This document shows positions 7,490 to 16,071 of a DNA stretch of 48,954 bases, piece after piece (the stretch's first letter is position 1; each line of letters begins with the position of its first letter). The notes beneath the pieces were generated by a model. The model had not been told where the DNA came from and ran no database searches. It saw only the letters and a program-made list of their open reading frames with translations. Origin of the DNA: a virus (Duplodnaviria; Caudoviricetes); the IMG/VR virus record IMGVR_UViG_3300048856_000133, positions 1 through 48,954 of that record; one strand, given 5' to 3'. The position numbers were made by a program, and so were the translations under genes.

Positions 7490-9502
7490 TTAGGCCGTTA
7501 TGTCAGTGCCAAGCTGGTTACTGGCCCCCGCGACTGAGCGGTTCGTATTGGTTGCACCCCGGAAGCTGTTGGCTGCTGTCGTGATGTATTCAGTGTTCAG
7601 CCCGCGCAGCCCGTAGTTGCCGCCCTTTGTGGTGTTCCCTGCCAGGGAGACTTCGGTGATCGCGAGCGCAGTAGCCCCTTGCAGATAGATGCTCTCCATC
7701 CCGCCAGACCCTCCAACCGCGACCTCGGAATGGCATCCGCTGATCGACCCGTTACTGATCTCGGTTCCGGCTGTGACTGTCTGTAAATGAATGCTGCGAG
7801 CGGGAAGCTCCGAGGTGGAAATCACGCTCTTGATCCCAAACCTGCGAACCTTGCCCCCCGCCGACGCTGATAGATGAACCATGCGGGCGGTCGCATGGCC
7901 GATCACCGTGTCGATATCGAGCCCCTGCATGTCGAAAGCGATACTGCAAGAGACAAGGTTGACTGCGGAGCTGCCGTAGATACCCTTGATCGACATCGAG
8001 CCGCGTTCGTTGGCCGAAGGCTGATAGTTGACCCCGTGCCGGGGGACGCGGTTCAGAAGGCGCACATCCTCAATCTCGCCATTGGCACCTTGATAGACCA
8101 CGCCATCGAGCGTGCTGGCCGCGGCAGCGTGGTGAAATATCTTACTGAACTTGCAGCCATCGACCTGAGGATGAGCATCCACCGTAGCGTCGATCATGTT
8201 GCGACCGGAAACATCGAGGACGGTCGTGTCAATGCAGACGCCTCCTGCCCCGCCGACCGTTACAACATGGCGCAGATCATCGCCGTATGCGCCCGAGACT
8301 TTTGTGCCGAGACAGCCCTTGGTAATGCCGTGGCCATAGGCCAGACCGGGGTAAGTCGCGTTGCGGTAGTTAGCACCCCTCACCTCACAGAACAGCGTGT
8401 TGTCGAAGACGCTGCCAAGATAGTCGCAGCCCTGCGTGTCGATGTCTTCGATCAGAGCGCCGAACGTGCGGCGAAGACGAATGCCGGTCTGCGTCCTCGT
8501 GCCGTCGCCCAGCCCGCGAAAACGCAGCCCCCGCGCCTTGACCCCGTACAGGAGGTTGCCCTTCGACACTCGGGCAACATTCGCCGTCGTGTAGGCGTAG
8601 CGTGTCCCAGCCCAAAGCGTGATCGTCGTGCCGACAATCGACTTGATCTTGACCCACTCACCGTAGGTCGAAGTCGTCCACCACGAACGATTGTCCTCCA
8701 GAAAGAGCCAATCATTTGCGAGCAGCCCGACCGCGCTGATAAGCGAGAGACTTGTGGCCCCGCTGGCAATATCAGCAGAGAGGTTAACCGAAGCAGCCAG
8801 TGTTCCCGAGAAGTCGAGGCCAGGTGCTGCGGAAGTCGTGTCCCCGACCAGCGCCGAGATGTCGATCGTCGCCCCTTCATTGCAGATGAGTTCGACATTG
8901 CCGACCGCGAAGGCCAGACCCGCAGAGAGCTTGTAGTTCCTGGTCCCACCCGTGGGATTGGTGAAGACGATTTCTCGGCCCATGCCCCCTGCAATTGCCG
9001 CGGCAATGCCGGCATCAGCGTTCACCGTGTCATTCAGAGCGCAAAACGTGCCGACATCCACGTATCTGCGGCGGTTGATCTGGGTCTTATACCAAGTCCG
9101 GCCGTCGTCCGATGGCACGGTCTGCTGGGAGCCATTCGGTGCGTCGACGAAATCGCCGCCCTCGCCATCATCCGATGTCGCCTGGCCGTTCACGCGGAGG
9201 ATGTGGATGTCGGTCGGGATAGACAGCGCCGCAAGACCACCCGCTGTCGAGTAGATCGGAACATTGCCCTGCCTCACGGCTTCCGCGGCGCTGTCTGCCG
9301 CCCTATCGGCCGCGTCTCTGGCTTCTTGAAGGGTAGGCTGAAGCGCTGCAATAAGCGGTTCCAGAACGACCGTTGACTGAACCCGGCCCACGAAATCGGA
9401 GTATGGATGCCTGACGACCTTGTTACCCTGACCCATCAGCAGACTATCTGTGCCAGCCGGGTCCTTCAGCGGCGGCAGCTGGTTAGCGGTGCGTCCTTGC
9501 AT
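7490..9502 (-). CDS. Tailspike 2, right-handed beta-helix (pectin-lyase-like) depolymerase
   Basis: N-terminal attachment segment, then DAGIAAAIA...YKLS start and G/N/T-rich parallel beta repeats. Confidence 0.75.
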   Translation of the reverse strand: MQGRTANQLPPLKDPAGTDSLLMGQGNKVVRHPYSDFVGRVQSTVVLEPLIAALQPTLQEARDAADRAADSAAEAVRQGNVPIYSTAGGLAALSIPTDIHILRVNGQATSDDGEGGDFVDAPNGSQQTVPSDDGRTWYKTQINRRRYVDVGTFCALNDTVNADAGIAAAIAGGMGREIVFTNPTGGTRNYKLSAGLAFAVGNVELICNEGATIDISALVGDTTSAAPGLDFSGTLAASVNLSADIASGATSLSLISAVGLLANDWLFLEDNRSWWTTSTYGEWVKIKSIVGTTITLWAGTRYAYTTANVARVSKGNLLYGVKARGLRFRGLGDGTRTQTGIRLRRTFGALIEDIDTQGCDYLGSVFDNTLFCEVRGANYRNATYPGLAYGHGITKGCLGTKVSGAYGDDLRHVVTVGGAGGVCIDTTVLDVSGRNMIDATVDAHPQVDGCKFSKIFHHAAAASTLDGVVYQGANGEIEDVRLLNRVPRHGVNYQPSANERGSMSIKGIYGSSAVNLVSCSIAFDMQGLDIDTVIGHATARMVHLSASAGGKVRRFGIKSVISTSELPARSIHLQTVTAGTEISNGSISGCHSEVAVGGSGGMESIYLQGATALAITEVSLAGNTTKGGNYGLRGLNTEYITTAANSFRGATNTNRSVAGASNQLGTDITA

Positions 9503-9694
9503 TCATTCACTCCACAGGATGAGGAAGCCGTCTTCATCGAGAAGAGGCTCATTGGGGGCAGAAAGGATGTGGTTGAAGTCATCGAGCGAGGGCGCTTGTG
9601 GGCGCATTGCCCACTCTTCATCGCTGAGGCTCGACCGCATCCCCCGTCCATGTCCGGCGCGCGCGTGGCGCCTTAGACCTGCGATTTCGTCCAT
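9503..9694 (-). CDS. Small tailspike adaptor-like protein
   Basis: C-terminal LLDEDGFLILWSE; sits between the two spike genes. Confidence 0.5.
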   Translation of the reverse strand: MDEIAGLRRHARAGHGRGMRSSLSDEEWAMRPQAPSLDDFNHILSAPNEPLLDEDGFLILWSE

Positions 9695-9735
9695 GGGGTG
9701 TGTCCTGTGGTGGGGTGAGAGGCGTCGTTACGCGG

Positions 9736-11979
9736 TCAAAGACACGTCACGACGATGCTGTGATCCGCGTCAGCCGCCGCAAACGACGATGTGGTGTTGA
9801 AGGTGCGGACAGTGATTTGTGTCGCGCTGTCGATCGTGTAGGTGGCGTATCGGTTGCCGGAACCGGGAGTCAGCACCTGCACGGATGCATAGTCAGCAAG
9901 CGTCAGCGGCGTTGCCAGCGTGTAAACGTAGACGCCGGTTCCTGTCCTGACGACGGAGGAGAACCCACGGCTGATCCCGACAGCACCCGTGGATCCAGTC
10001 GTATTGCCAGACGCGTGACGCCTCGACAGGATTGGGCTATCCGGCGAAATTCGGGCGGGGTGGCCAGCATTTGCCCAACGGGTGATGGCCCCTTCATACT
10101 TGAAGCCGTCGTGCATACGGACCTCATAGCCTGCATCTTGCGCCACCAGCGAGAAACCGTTGAACGTGCCTGTCGTACGAACGAACCGGCCGCCAAGCAG
10201 ATCGACGTTCGCCTGCGCGGTTTCGATCGCAATCGCCGCAACGACCGTGCCCGTCAGGTTCTCGACGTTGATGCCAATCCGCCCCGTGATAGGGCCGTTT
10301 TTGAGCGAGATACCCGCTCGGCCGCAGTTGCGCATCGTCGGGAAATCGACATCGAGATCATCGATCCAGTTAACCTCAATCGCGCCGGTGTTGGTTGTTC
10401 CGAACCCCTCGAAAATGCAGTTCTTGCCGATCTTGATCCGCTTCCCGCGCTCTGCGTCGAGCGGGCCGGACCCGACGATGTTGATGGCCGCGGCGTCGGA
10501 GTTGCCCGTACCTCGGCGGGCAATGATGCGGTCCACGATGATATCCATCGGGGGCGCGTCGTTCAGCCCAGACGTGTCGCCCTCTGCGATGCCGATCGCC
10601 GTCGCGCAGTTGTCAATGACCCAATCGGTCATGATGCCGCGCTGCCCGCCGTGCGTGTCGATCGCCTTCCAGATATAGCAGCCGTCGACCGTGCCGCCGA
10701 TAAACTCGAAATCAGTGGTCGGCGGGTAGACAGAAGTGTCGCCAGTCGGCCGCCGTGTGGCTGTCAGCCCATAGACGTTGCCCGACAGGCCAGGGTGGAT
10801 GTTCTCGATGTGGAGGCCCCACCCGCACTTCGGGCGGCGGCAGCTGTACATGCGGACGCCATCACGGCCGATCTTCACCAGGCGCGTCTTGCCGCCGACG
10901 AAGAGATCGTCGCAAAACTCCGCGAAGACGCCATAGGTGCCCCACCCGGTGACGAGCGGGCCGTCAAGTCTGATGTTCCGCGCCCGCGCAGCCAATGTGC
11001 CGTTGATGGCAAGCGCGCCATTGCAGTCGGGATAGCTCGCTGTCGGAACGGGCTCGCTGGCTGTGTATGGCCCGCGCAGCGAACCAACACCGCTGATCTC
11101 CACGTTCTCGATCCCGGCGCCAACCGCAAACATGCCGGCAGCTGTCGAGGTCGAGGTGTTCGTGATTGCGGCATTGACGGCGAGATTGATATTGCTCGGG
11201 AGAGTGATCCGACTAGCCGCAGAGAACGTGATGTCCTTGTCCAGGATGCAGTATCGCACGCCCTTCGCCGATGCCGTCGCGAGCATATCCACGATGCTTT
11301 GTCTCCCCGCGCCGAACATGGCGGGGAACAAGATCGGTTCAGCAATCTCCCACCATGCCCCATCGGCTGATTGAAGCCGCCCAGGGTGCGCAGGCTGTGA
11401 GGCCGCCCGCGTGTAAAGCGTCGCGGGACCATCGCCCGGGGCCGTATAACCCCCGACGCGGATGTAGGATTTGATCGTGGGAATTGCGGACAGGCCCGCG
11501 ACCAGATGGCTCGGATAATCCGTGTAGCTGCTGGCCACGTTGTCGATCAGGCCTAGGATGCCGTCCCTCGCTTGCTCCAGCAGGCTCGTAACGATGGACT
11601 CCGCGTCGGCTGCAAAATCCGCGCTTAGATAAAAGGTGATCTGGATCGCGTCGTCACCAATGTTCGGCAACACGGTATTGAACCGGAAAACCTGGCCGCC
11701 GTGTACCGCGCCCTCCTGCACATGAACCGTCACGCCTTCAGTGATCGAACGCGGGTCTCTGGCGTCGGAGGCGCGATACCAAGGGCCGGTCGAGGCGGTG
11801 TAGATCCCGTTCTGCCGAGCGTCGGATTGGTTCTTGACGACGACACGGTCGTTGACTGCGAGGGCGATACCATCGATCGTCTGGAGACCTTGCAGGGCAA
11901 TGCTGCCGGTCGTCGCAACGCGGCATGGCTCGCGCTCACCGGAGAGAAGTCGCGTCGCAGCGGTTGCGGGACGGCCCAT
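9736..11979 (-). CDS. Tailspike/tail fibre 1 (anchor domain plus beta-helix)
   Basis: CRVATTGSIALQGLQTIDG...DRVVVKNQ...QNGIY anchor; GYTAPGDG...SADGAWWE domain; beta-helix; AIDTHGG. Confidence 0.8.
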   Translation of the reverse strand: MGRPATAATRLLSGEREPCRVATTGSIALQGLQTIDGIALAVNDRVVVKNQSDARQNGIYTASTGPWYRASDARDPRSITEGVTVHVQEGAVHGGQVFRFNTVLPNIGDDAIQITFYLSADFAADAESIVTSLLEQARDGILGLIDNVASSYTDYPSHLVAGLSAIPTIKSYIRVGGYTAPGDGPATLYTRAASQPAHPGRLQSADGAWWEIAEPILFPAMFGAGRQSIVDMLATASAKGVRYCILDKDITFSAASRITLPSNINLAVNAAITNTSTSTAAGMFAVGAGIENVEISGVGSLRGPYTASEPVPTASYPDCNGALAINGTLAARARNIRLDGPLVTGWGTYGVFAEFCDDLFVGGKTRLVKIGRDGVRMYSCRRPKCGWGLHIENIHPGLSGNVYGLTATRRPTGDTSVYPPTTDFEFIGGTVDGCYIWKAIDTHGGQRGIMTDWVIDNCATAIGIAEGDTSGLNDAPPMDIIVDRIIARRGTGNSDAAAINIVGSGPLDAERGKRIKIGKNCIFEGFGTTNTGAIEVNWIDDLDVDFPTMRNCGRAGISLKNGPITGRIGINVENLTGTVVAAIAIETAQANVDLLGGRFVRTTGTFNGFSLVAQDAGYEVRMHDGFKYEGAITRWANAGHPARISPDSPILSRRHASGNTTGSTGAVGISRGFSSVVRTGTGVYVYTLATPLTLADYASVQVLTPGSGNRYATYTIDSATQITVRTFNTTSSFAAADADHSIVVTCL

Positions 11980-12000
11980 GGATCACCTCAAATTGCGGAC

Positions 12001-12030
12001 AAGAAAAAGGCCCGCCATTTCTGGCGAGCC
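12001..12030 (-). terminator. Rho-independent terminator
   Basis: Minus strand GGCTCGCCA-GAAA-TGGCGGGCC-TTTTT. Confidence 0.75.
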
Positions 12031-12050
12031 GGTTGTTCTGCGGAGCGGGG

Positions 12051-12263
12051 TTAGGCGGTACTCTTGCCCGTCTTGCGCTTGGCTTCGGGCGGGTCCGCCT
12101 TCTCGTCCTCTTCGAACGGGACGGGACCGGTCGGAGCGCCGCGATAGAGCGAATTGCCCTCCGTCAGCTTCTCCGGGTGGAGGTATTCGCCGCGGGGCGT
12201 CAGAGCCTCCTTGGCTTCGTCGGACAACTCGTTGAAGTCCATCTTCTCGTCGGCCATGGTCAT
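12051..12263 (-). CDS. Small acidic hypothetical protein
   Basis: AAGGA RBS; MTMADEKMDFNELSDEAK; followed by a terminator. Confidence 0.6.
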   Translation of the reverse strand: MTMADEKMDFNELSDEAKEALTPRGEYLHPEKLTEGNSLYRGAPTGPVPFEEDEKADPPEAKRKTGKSTA

Positions 12264-12338
12264 GGTTCCTTGGGGTTGCAGTTTTCTCGATGCCGGCGCA
12301 GAGTGCCGACCTGTTTGCGCTGGGCGCATGGGGGATGG

Positions 12339-12704
12339 ATGAAGCGGGGATTGATTGTCGCGGCGCTGGCACTCGCCGGATGCCAAACAACAGAAGGCTT
12401 CGACAAATTCGCGAGCGGTTTTGTCGGCCAATCGGAGGCCGCGATCATTGGCCGCTTCGGCGTTCCCGATAAGACCTATGAAGCCGGTGGCACGAAATAC
12501 CTGGCCTTCACCCGAAGCCAGACTTCTTACAGCCCCGGCGTCGCCCCAAGTTACCAGTCCAACGTAATCGGGAACACAGTCTACACCACGTCAGTCGGCG
12601 GCATGGCGCCATCAGTCTACACCGCCAATTGCACCCTGAACTTCCAGATCACCAAAGGCGTGGTGAGCGGGTATTCCTTCAACGGAAATGGGTGCGTTGG
12701 TTGA
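12339..12704 (+). CDS. Lipoprotein moron antisense to the late operon (superinfection-exclusion candidate)
   Basis: MKRGLIVAALALAG-C lipobox; GQSEAAIIGRFGVPD; two further Cys residues. Confidence 0.75.
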   Translation: MKRGLIVAALALAGCQTTEGFDKFASGFVGQSEAAIIGRFGVPDKTYEAGGTKYLAFTRSQTSYSPGVAPSYQSNVIGNTVYTTSVGGMAPSVYTANCTLNFQITKGVVSGYSFNGNGCVG

Positions 12705-12946
12705 CCTGGCACTTCGCGGCTGGGGTAGCCGGGTTCTTCTCGCTGATGTTCATCATCGTTAAAGCCGAAGAATGGGGATACAGCATTAACCGCAAGCGCG
12801 GCCCCCAGATCGGATGGGTGATCGTCCTCGCGTGGGGCACCAGTTGCGCAATTTTGATGGCCTATGGTGGCCACACCGGGGCTGGGTCAGGGCTGGACTG
12901 CTATACCGATTGGGACGGACGGACCAACCCGATCGTCTGTGATTAG
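12701..12946 (+). CDS. Small 2-TM membrane protein coupled to the lipoprotein gene
   Basis: TTG start overlapping the TGA of the previous gene; two hydrophobic segments; C-terminal Cys pair. Confidence 0.55.
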   Translation: MTWHFAAGVAGFFSLMFIIVKAEEWGYSINRKRGPQIGWVIVLAWGTSCAILMAYGGHTGAGSGLDCYTDWDGRTNPIVCD

Positions 12947-12951
12947 GTGCC

Positions 12952-15900
12952 CTACTCGACCGCCTGCTTCAACTCAGGCACGACGCCTTCAAAGTCTGCG
13001 GCCTGCTGCCAGCCAAGATCATTGAAGCCGCCGTCTATAAGCCATCTCCAATACGGCAAGGACGCGAACGGCGTCAGCCGGCGGATCGTCTGAACGTCAG
13101 CCGGCGCCATGTCGGCGTCACCGGCCGAAGCCCGCAAGCCGATCGCGGCAGTGTTCACCACATCATTGGCAAGGCCGACAGTCGGACCAAGGAAGCCTTC
13201 CACGAGCCCGCGCGTGGCAAAGCGTGATGCCGGCTCCTTCATGTCCGCGTCTGGCTTTGCCATCTTCCCGAGCGCTGCCAGGCCCGTGTAGACGCCAGCG
13301 CCGCCAGCTTTCTCAATCGCGTTGTTGACCTCGAACCCGAGGGAGAAAATGCCCGACCGATCGAGGCCTTCCGCAACCCATGTGCCAGGGTTGTTCGAGA
13401 CCTCGCGCCCGGCCTCCAGATTCTTCAGCCAGTAGATGAACATGCCGACCGTCGCCATGCCCATGACGCCGCCCATGGCGCGGCCCGGCCCTTCCTGAAG
13501 ACCGCGCATCAGAACACGCTGGTTGCTCGCCAGGGCAAAGCTCTTGAACTGCAAGACGGCGCGACCGACCGGAGACTGAGCGAACAGCGGGACGTCGCCG
13601 ACACTCTTCTGGACGATGGTCGAGCCGACGTCCTTGTTGATCGCGGCGAAGTAGGCCCGGCGCGCGATGTCGTCGGTCCAGTCCTCGGTGTTCGCCACCC
13701 GCACGCCGTCGATCGTCTCGCCGTGGGTCTGGAACTGCTTCAGGACACGGGCGGCCTTGTCCTCGTCAAGCCCGAGATAGCCCATGTAGGCCTTCTCGCG
13801 CGCCTTGAGATTGGAGACGCCGCGCTCTGCGTTCTTCAGCACGCGGTTCTGCGTCATCACGGAGGCAATGGTGTTCTGAAAATCCGTCCACTGGTTGAGG
13901 CCGGTGAGCGTCGTGAACTTGTTCGCGGCGTTGTCCAGGAACCGCTCAAAGGGCGAGTTCGCCGAATAGGGGTCCGTCAGCTCCGCCAGGGTAGCCATAC
14001 GGGACTGAAGGATGCGCTCGGAAATGGCGCCGGCCAGCTTGGCGTCCTTCGCGGACATCTTCACCGCATCGAGATTGCGGATCAGCGGGCCGATGCCGTC
14101 GCGCATATAGGCGGTCAGGCCGTGCACCATCGCCGGGCGCACCGCATCGGTCAGCGACGACAGGGTAACGCCGCCCAGCGTGCGGAGATAGTTGAACGTC
14201 CCGGCCGCCCGGGCGATGCGGGCGAAGTTGGTGGAATTGGCCTGCGGCTCGTAATTGCCCCGCAGGAGATCCCGCATGGCCTTGAGGTCTTTGATGTCGG
14301 CGTCGCGACGCTTGTTCAGAGCGGCAATGGCCTTCTCGTCCGTGACGCCCTGCTTCAGCCCTTCGTAGTCGTTGACCACCTCGGCAATCTGATCCTGCAT
14401 GTCCGCCCGGCCATACTTGCGCGCGATCTCGACGTCGGCGCTCATCTTGCGGGCGTAGCGGCGGTTGACCAGCTCGACGTCATCCTCAAGCCAAGGCTCC
14501 AGGACGCGGTCGGGAACCTTCAGCGTGCGCTCCTTGAGCGGCCCCTGCTGTACCGACACGAGGCCGTGGGGGATGCCGACCTGATCTGCGCCCGTCAGCT
14601 TGTGCACGATGTCCGTGAGGATGCCGTTCACATAGTCGTCGCGGTCGGCCTGCGAGGTGAACGACATGTCCGCCTGCCCTTCCGGGCGCTGCTTGCCGGC
14701 TGCGTCCAGAGCGGCCTGCTCCTTGATTGCGTCGTCGATCGACTTCTCGATATAGGGGCGAATGGCCGCCTTGAATTCGGGCTCCTGCGCGCTGATCTTT
14801 TCCCGACGATAGACGCGGTGGAAATAGGTCTCATCCAGCCGGTTCGGGAGATCGAGAGGAAGCTGCCCCGTCTCCTGGCCTCCGCGTTTCAGCGGCTCGA
14901 CGACCTTCTCACGCCAGGCCTTCGCCGCCTTTGTCACGAACTCGTTCTCGCCGGCATCCCCGCGGCGAGCCGCCCGGCCGACAGCGCGAGAGAAGTCCTC
15001 ACGGGTCATTTTGATCCCGGCAGCCCGCGCCTCTTTCCAGACCGAAAGGTGGTCGGCCAGTGCCGCTCCATAGGCGCCGCGGTCCCACTGCTTCTGCAAC
15101 GTCTCGACAGCCGCGTCGCCCGCGCCCTCGAAATTCTTCTTGAGATAGACGCTGTTCTCGACAAGCCCGTTCATTAAGCGGCGCTGCACCACTGAGGGCG
15201 ATGTCATAGAGCGCATGATCGGGTTCAGCTTCGCCGTCGACTTCGCCACCGCCCGGGCCATCATGCCGCCGGCCACGCTGAGGTCGTCGAGGCTATCCTG
15301 CGTCGCCTGCGCCGCGCCTGCGGAACTGTCCAGGCCCTGACGATAAAGCGCTTCGACGTCATCCGCGACAGGTGTCATCGACGCATCGCCGCGGCCCGCC
15401 TGACGCACACCGTCAATGGCCTGGGTTGCCGCGCGCTGCTCCGCGCGAGACATGAGGGAACCGGCCACGCCGCCGAGCAACCCGCCAAAAACGATGCCCG
15501 AACCGATGGCAATGGCGCTTTCCGTGCCCGTGCGCGTCTGCTGAGTGGCTTGAAGCCCAGCCTCGGACACCGCGGCGCCGATACCGCCCGCAACAGCCAC
15601 GGAGGCCGCAGAGCGCGCGATGGCTGCACCCGTTCGCAGGCCGCCGACAGCCGCGCCGCCGGGGATCAAGGTCGGGAGATCGAGGATGGCGGCAACAGCC
15701 GAGGCACCCGTGCCCCACCAGCCGGCAGAGTCGACGGTCTTGCGGTCTTCCTCCTCGCGGTCAACCTGGACTTTCCATGCGTCGAAGTATTTGCGGTTGA
15801 AGATCCCCGCCACATCGTCCGCGCGGCTCTCGTACTTCGTGCCCTTGATCTCCGCGAGCGGGCTGAAGTCCTCGTCCACCTCGGAGCGATCGAGGCCGAA

Positions 15901-16071
15901 GGTCTCCTTTGCCAAGGTCGAGCCGACGACATTGTCCATTCGGAACGCGGCGCCAAGCGTAGAGAGCGCGGACGAGCTGGCGACAGCGTTCTCGATGTCT
16001 GACGGGTTGATGTCGATCGCCGCGGCATTGCCGATGCTATCGAACTCGTCGCCGTAATTAACGAGGGGCAT
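12952..16071 (-). CDS. Large internal virion (DNA ejection) protein, positionally equivalent to T7 gp16
   Basis: 1039 aa, Ala/Gly-rich hydrophobic stretch, LQFKSF motif; third of three genes after the tail nozzle. Confidence 0.75.
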   Translation of the reverse strand: MPLVNYGDEFDSIGNAAAIDINPSDIENAVASSSALSTLGAAFRMDNVVGSTLAKETFGLDRSEVDEDFSPLAEIKGTKYESRADDVAGIFNRKYFDAWKVQVDREEEDRKTVDSAGWWGTGASAVAAILDLPTLIPGGAAVGGLRTGAAIARSAASVAVAGGIGAAVSEAGLQATQQTRTGTESAIAIGSGIVFGGLLGGVAGSLMSRAEQRAATQAIDGVRQAGRGDASMTPVADDVEALYRQGLDSSAGAAQATQDSLDDLSVAGGMMARAVAKSTAKLNPIMRSMTSPSVVQRRLMNGLVENSVYLKKNFEGAGDAAVETLQKQWDRGAYGAALADHLSVWKEARAAGIKMTREDFSRAVGRAARRGDAGENEFVTKAAKAWREKVVEPLKRGGQETGQLPLDLPNRLDETYFHRVYRREKISAQEPEFKAAIRPYIEKSIDDAIKEQAALDAAGKQRPEGQADMSFTSQADRDDYVNGILTDIVHKLTGADQVGIPHGLVSVQQGPLKERTLKVPDRVLEPWLEDDVELVNRRYARKMSADVEIARKYGRADMQDQIAEVVNDYEGLKQGVTDEKAIAALNKRRDADIKDLKAMRDLLRGNYEPQANSTNFARIARAAGTFNYLRTLGGVTLSSLTDAVRPAMVHGLTAYMRDGIGPLIRNLDAVKMSAKDAKLAGAISERILQSRMATLAELTDPYSANSPFERFLDNAANKFTTLTGLNQWTDFQNTIASVMTQNRVLKNAERGVSNLKAREKAYMGYLGLDEDKAARVLKQFQTHGETIDGVRVANTEDWTDDIARRAYFAAINKDVGSTIVQKSVGDVPLFAQSPVGRAVLQFKSFALASNQRVLMRGLQEGPGRAMGGVMGMATVGMFIYWLKNLEAGREVSNNPGTWVAEGLDRSGIFSLGFEVNNAIEKAGGAGVYTGLAALGKMAKPDADMKEPASRFATRGLVEGFLGPTVGLANDVVNTAAIGLRASAGDADMAPADVQTIRRLTPFASLPYWRWLIDGGFNDLGWQQAADFEGVVPELKQAVE

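Noticed and set aside
9500-9505. Stop-codon readthrough fusing the adaptor to tailspike 2 (in-frame TGA-ATG)
   Set aside because: The same TGAATG junction occurs at 20016-20021; ordinary coupling explains it
7490-11979. Diversity-generating retroelement or invertible tail-fibre cassette (BPP-1-like virion, shufflon-like integrase family)
   Set aside because: No reverse transcriptase, no TR/VR pair and no inverted crossover repeats seen around the spike genes
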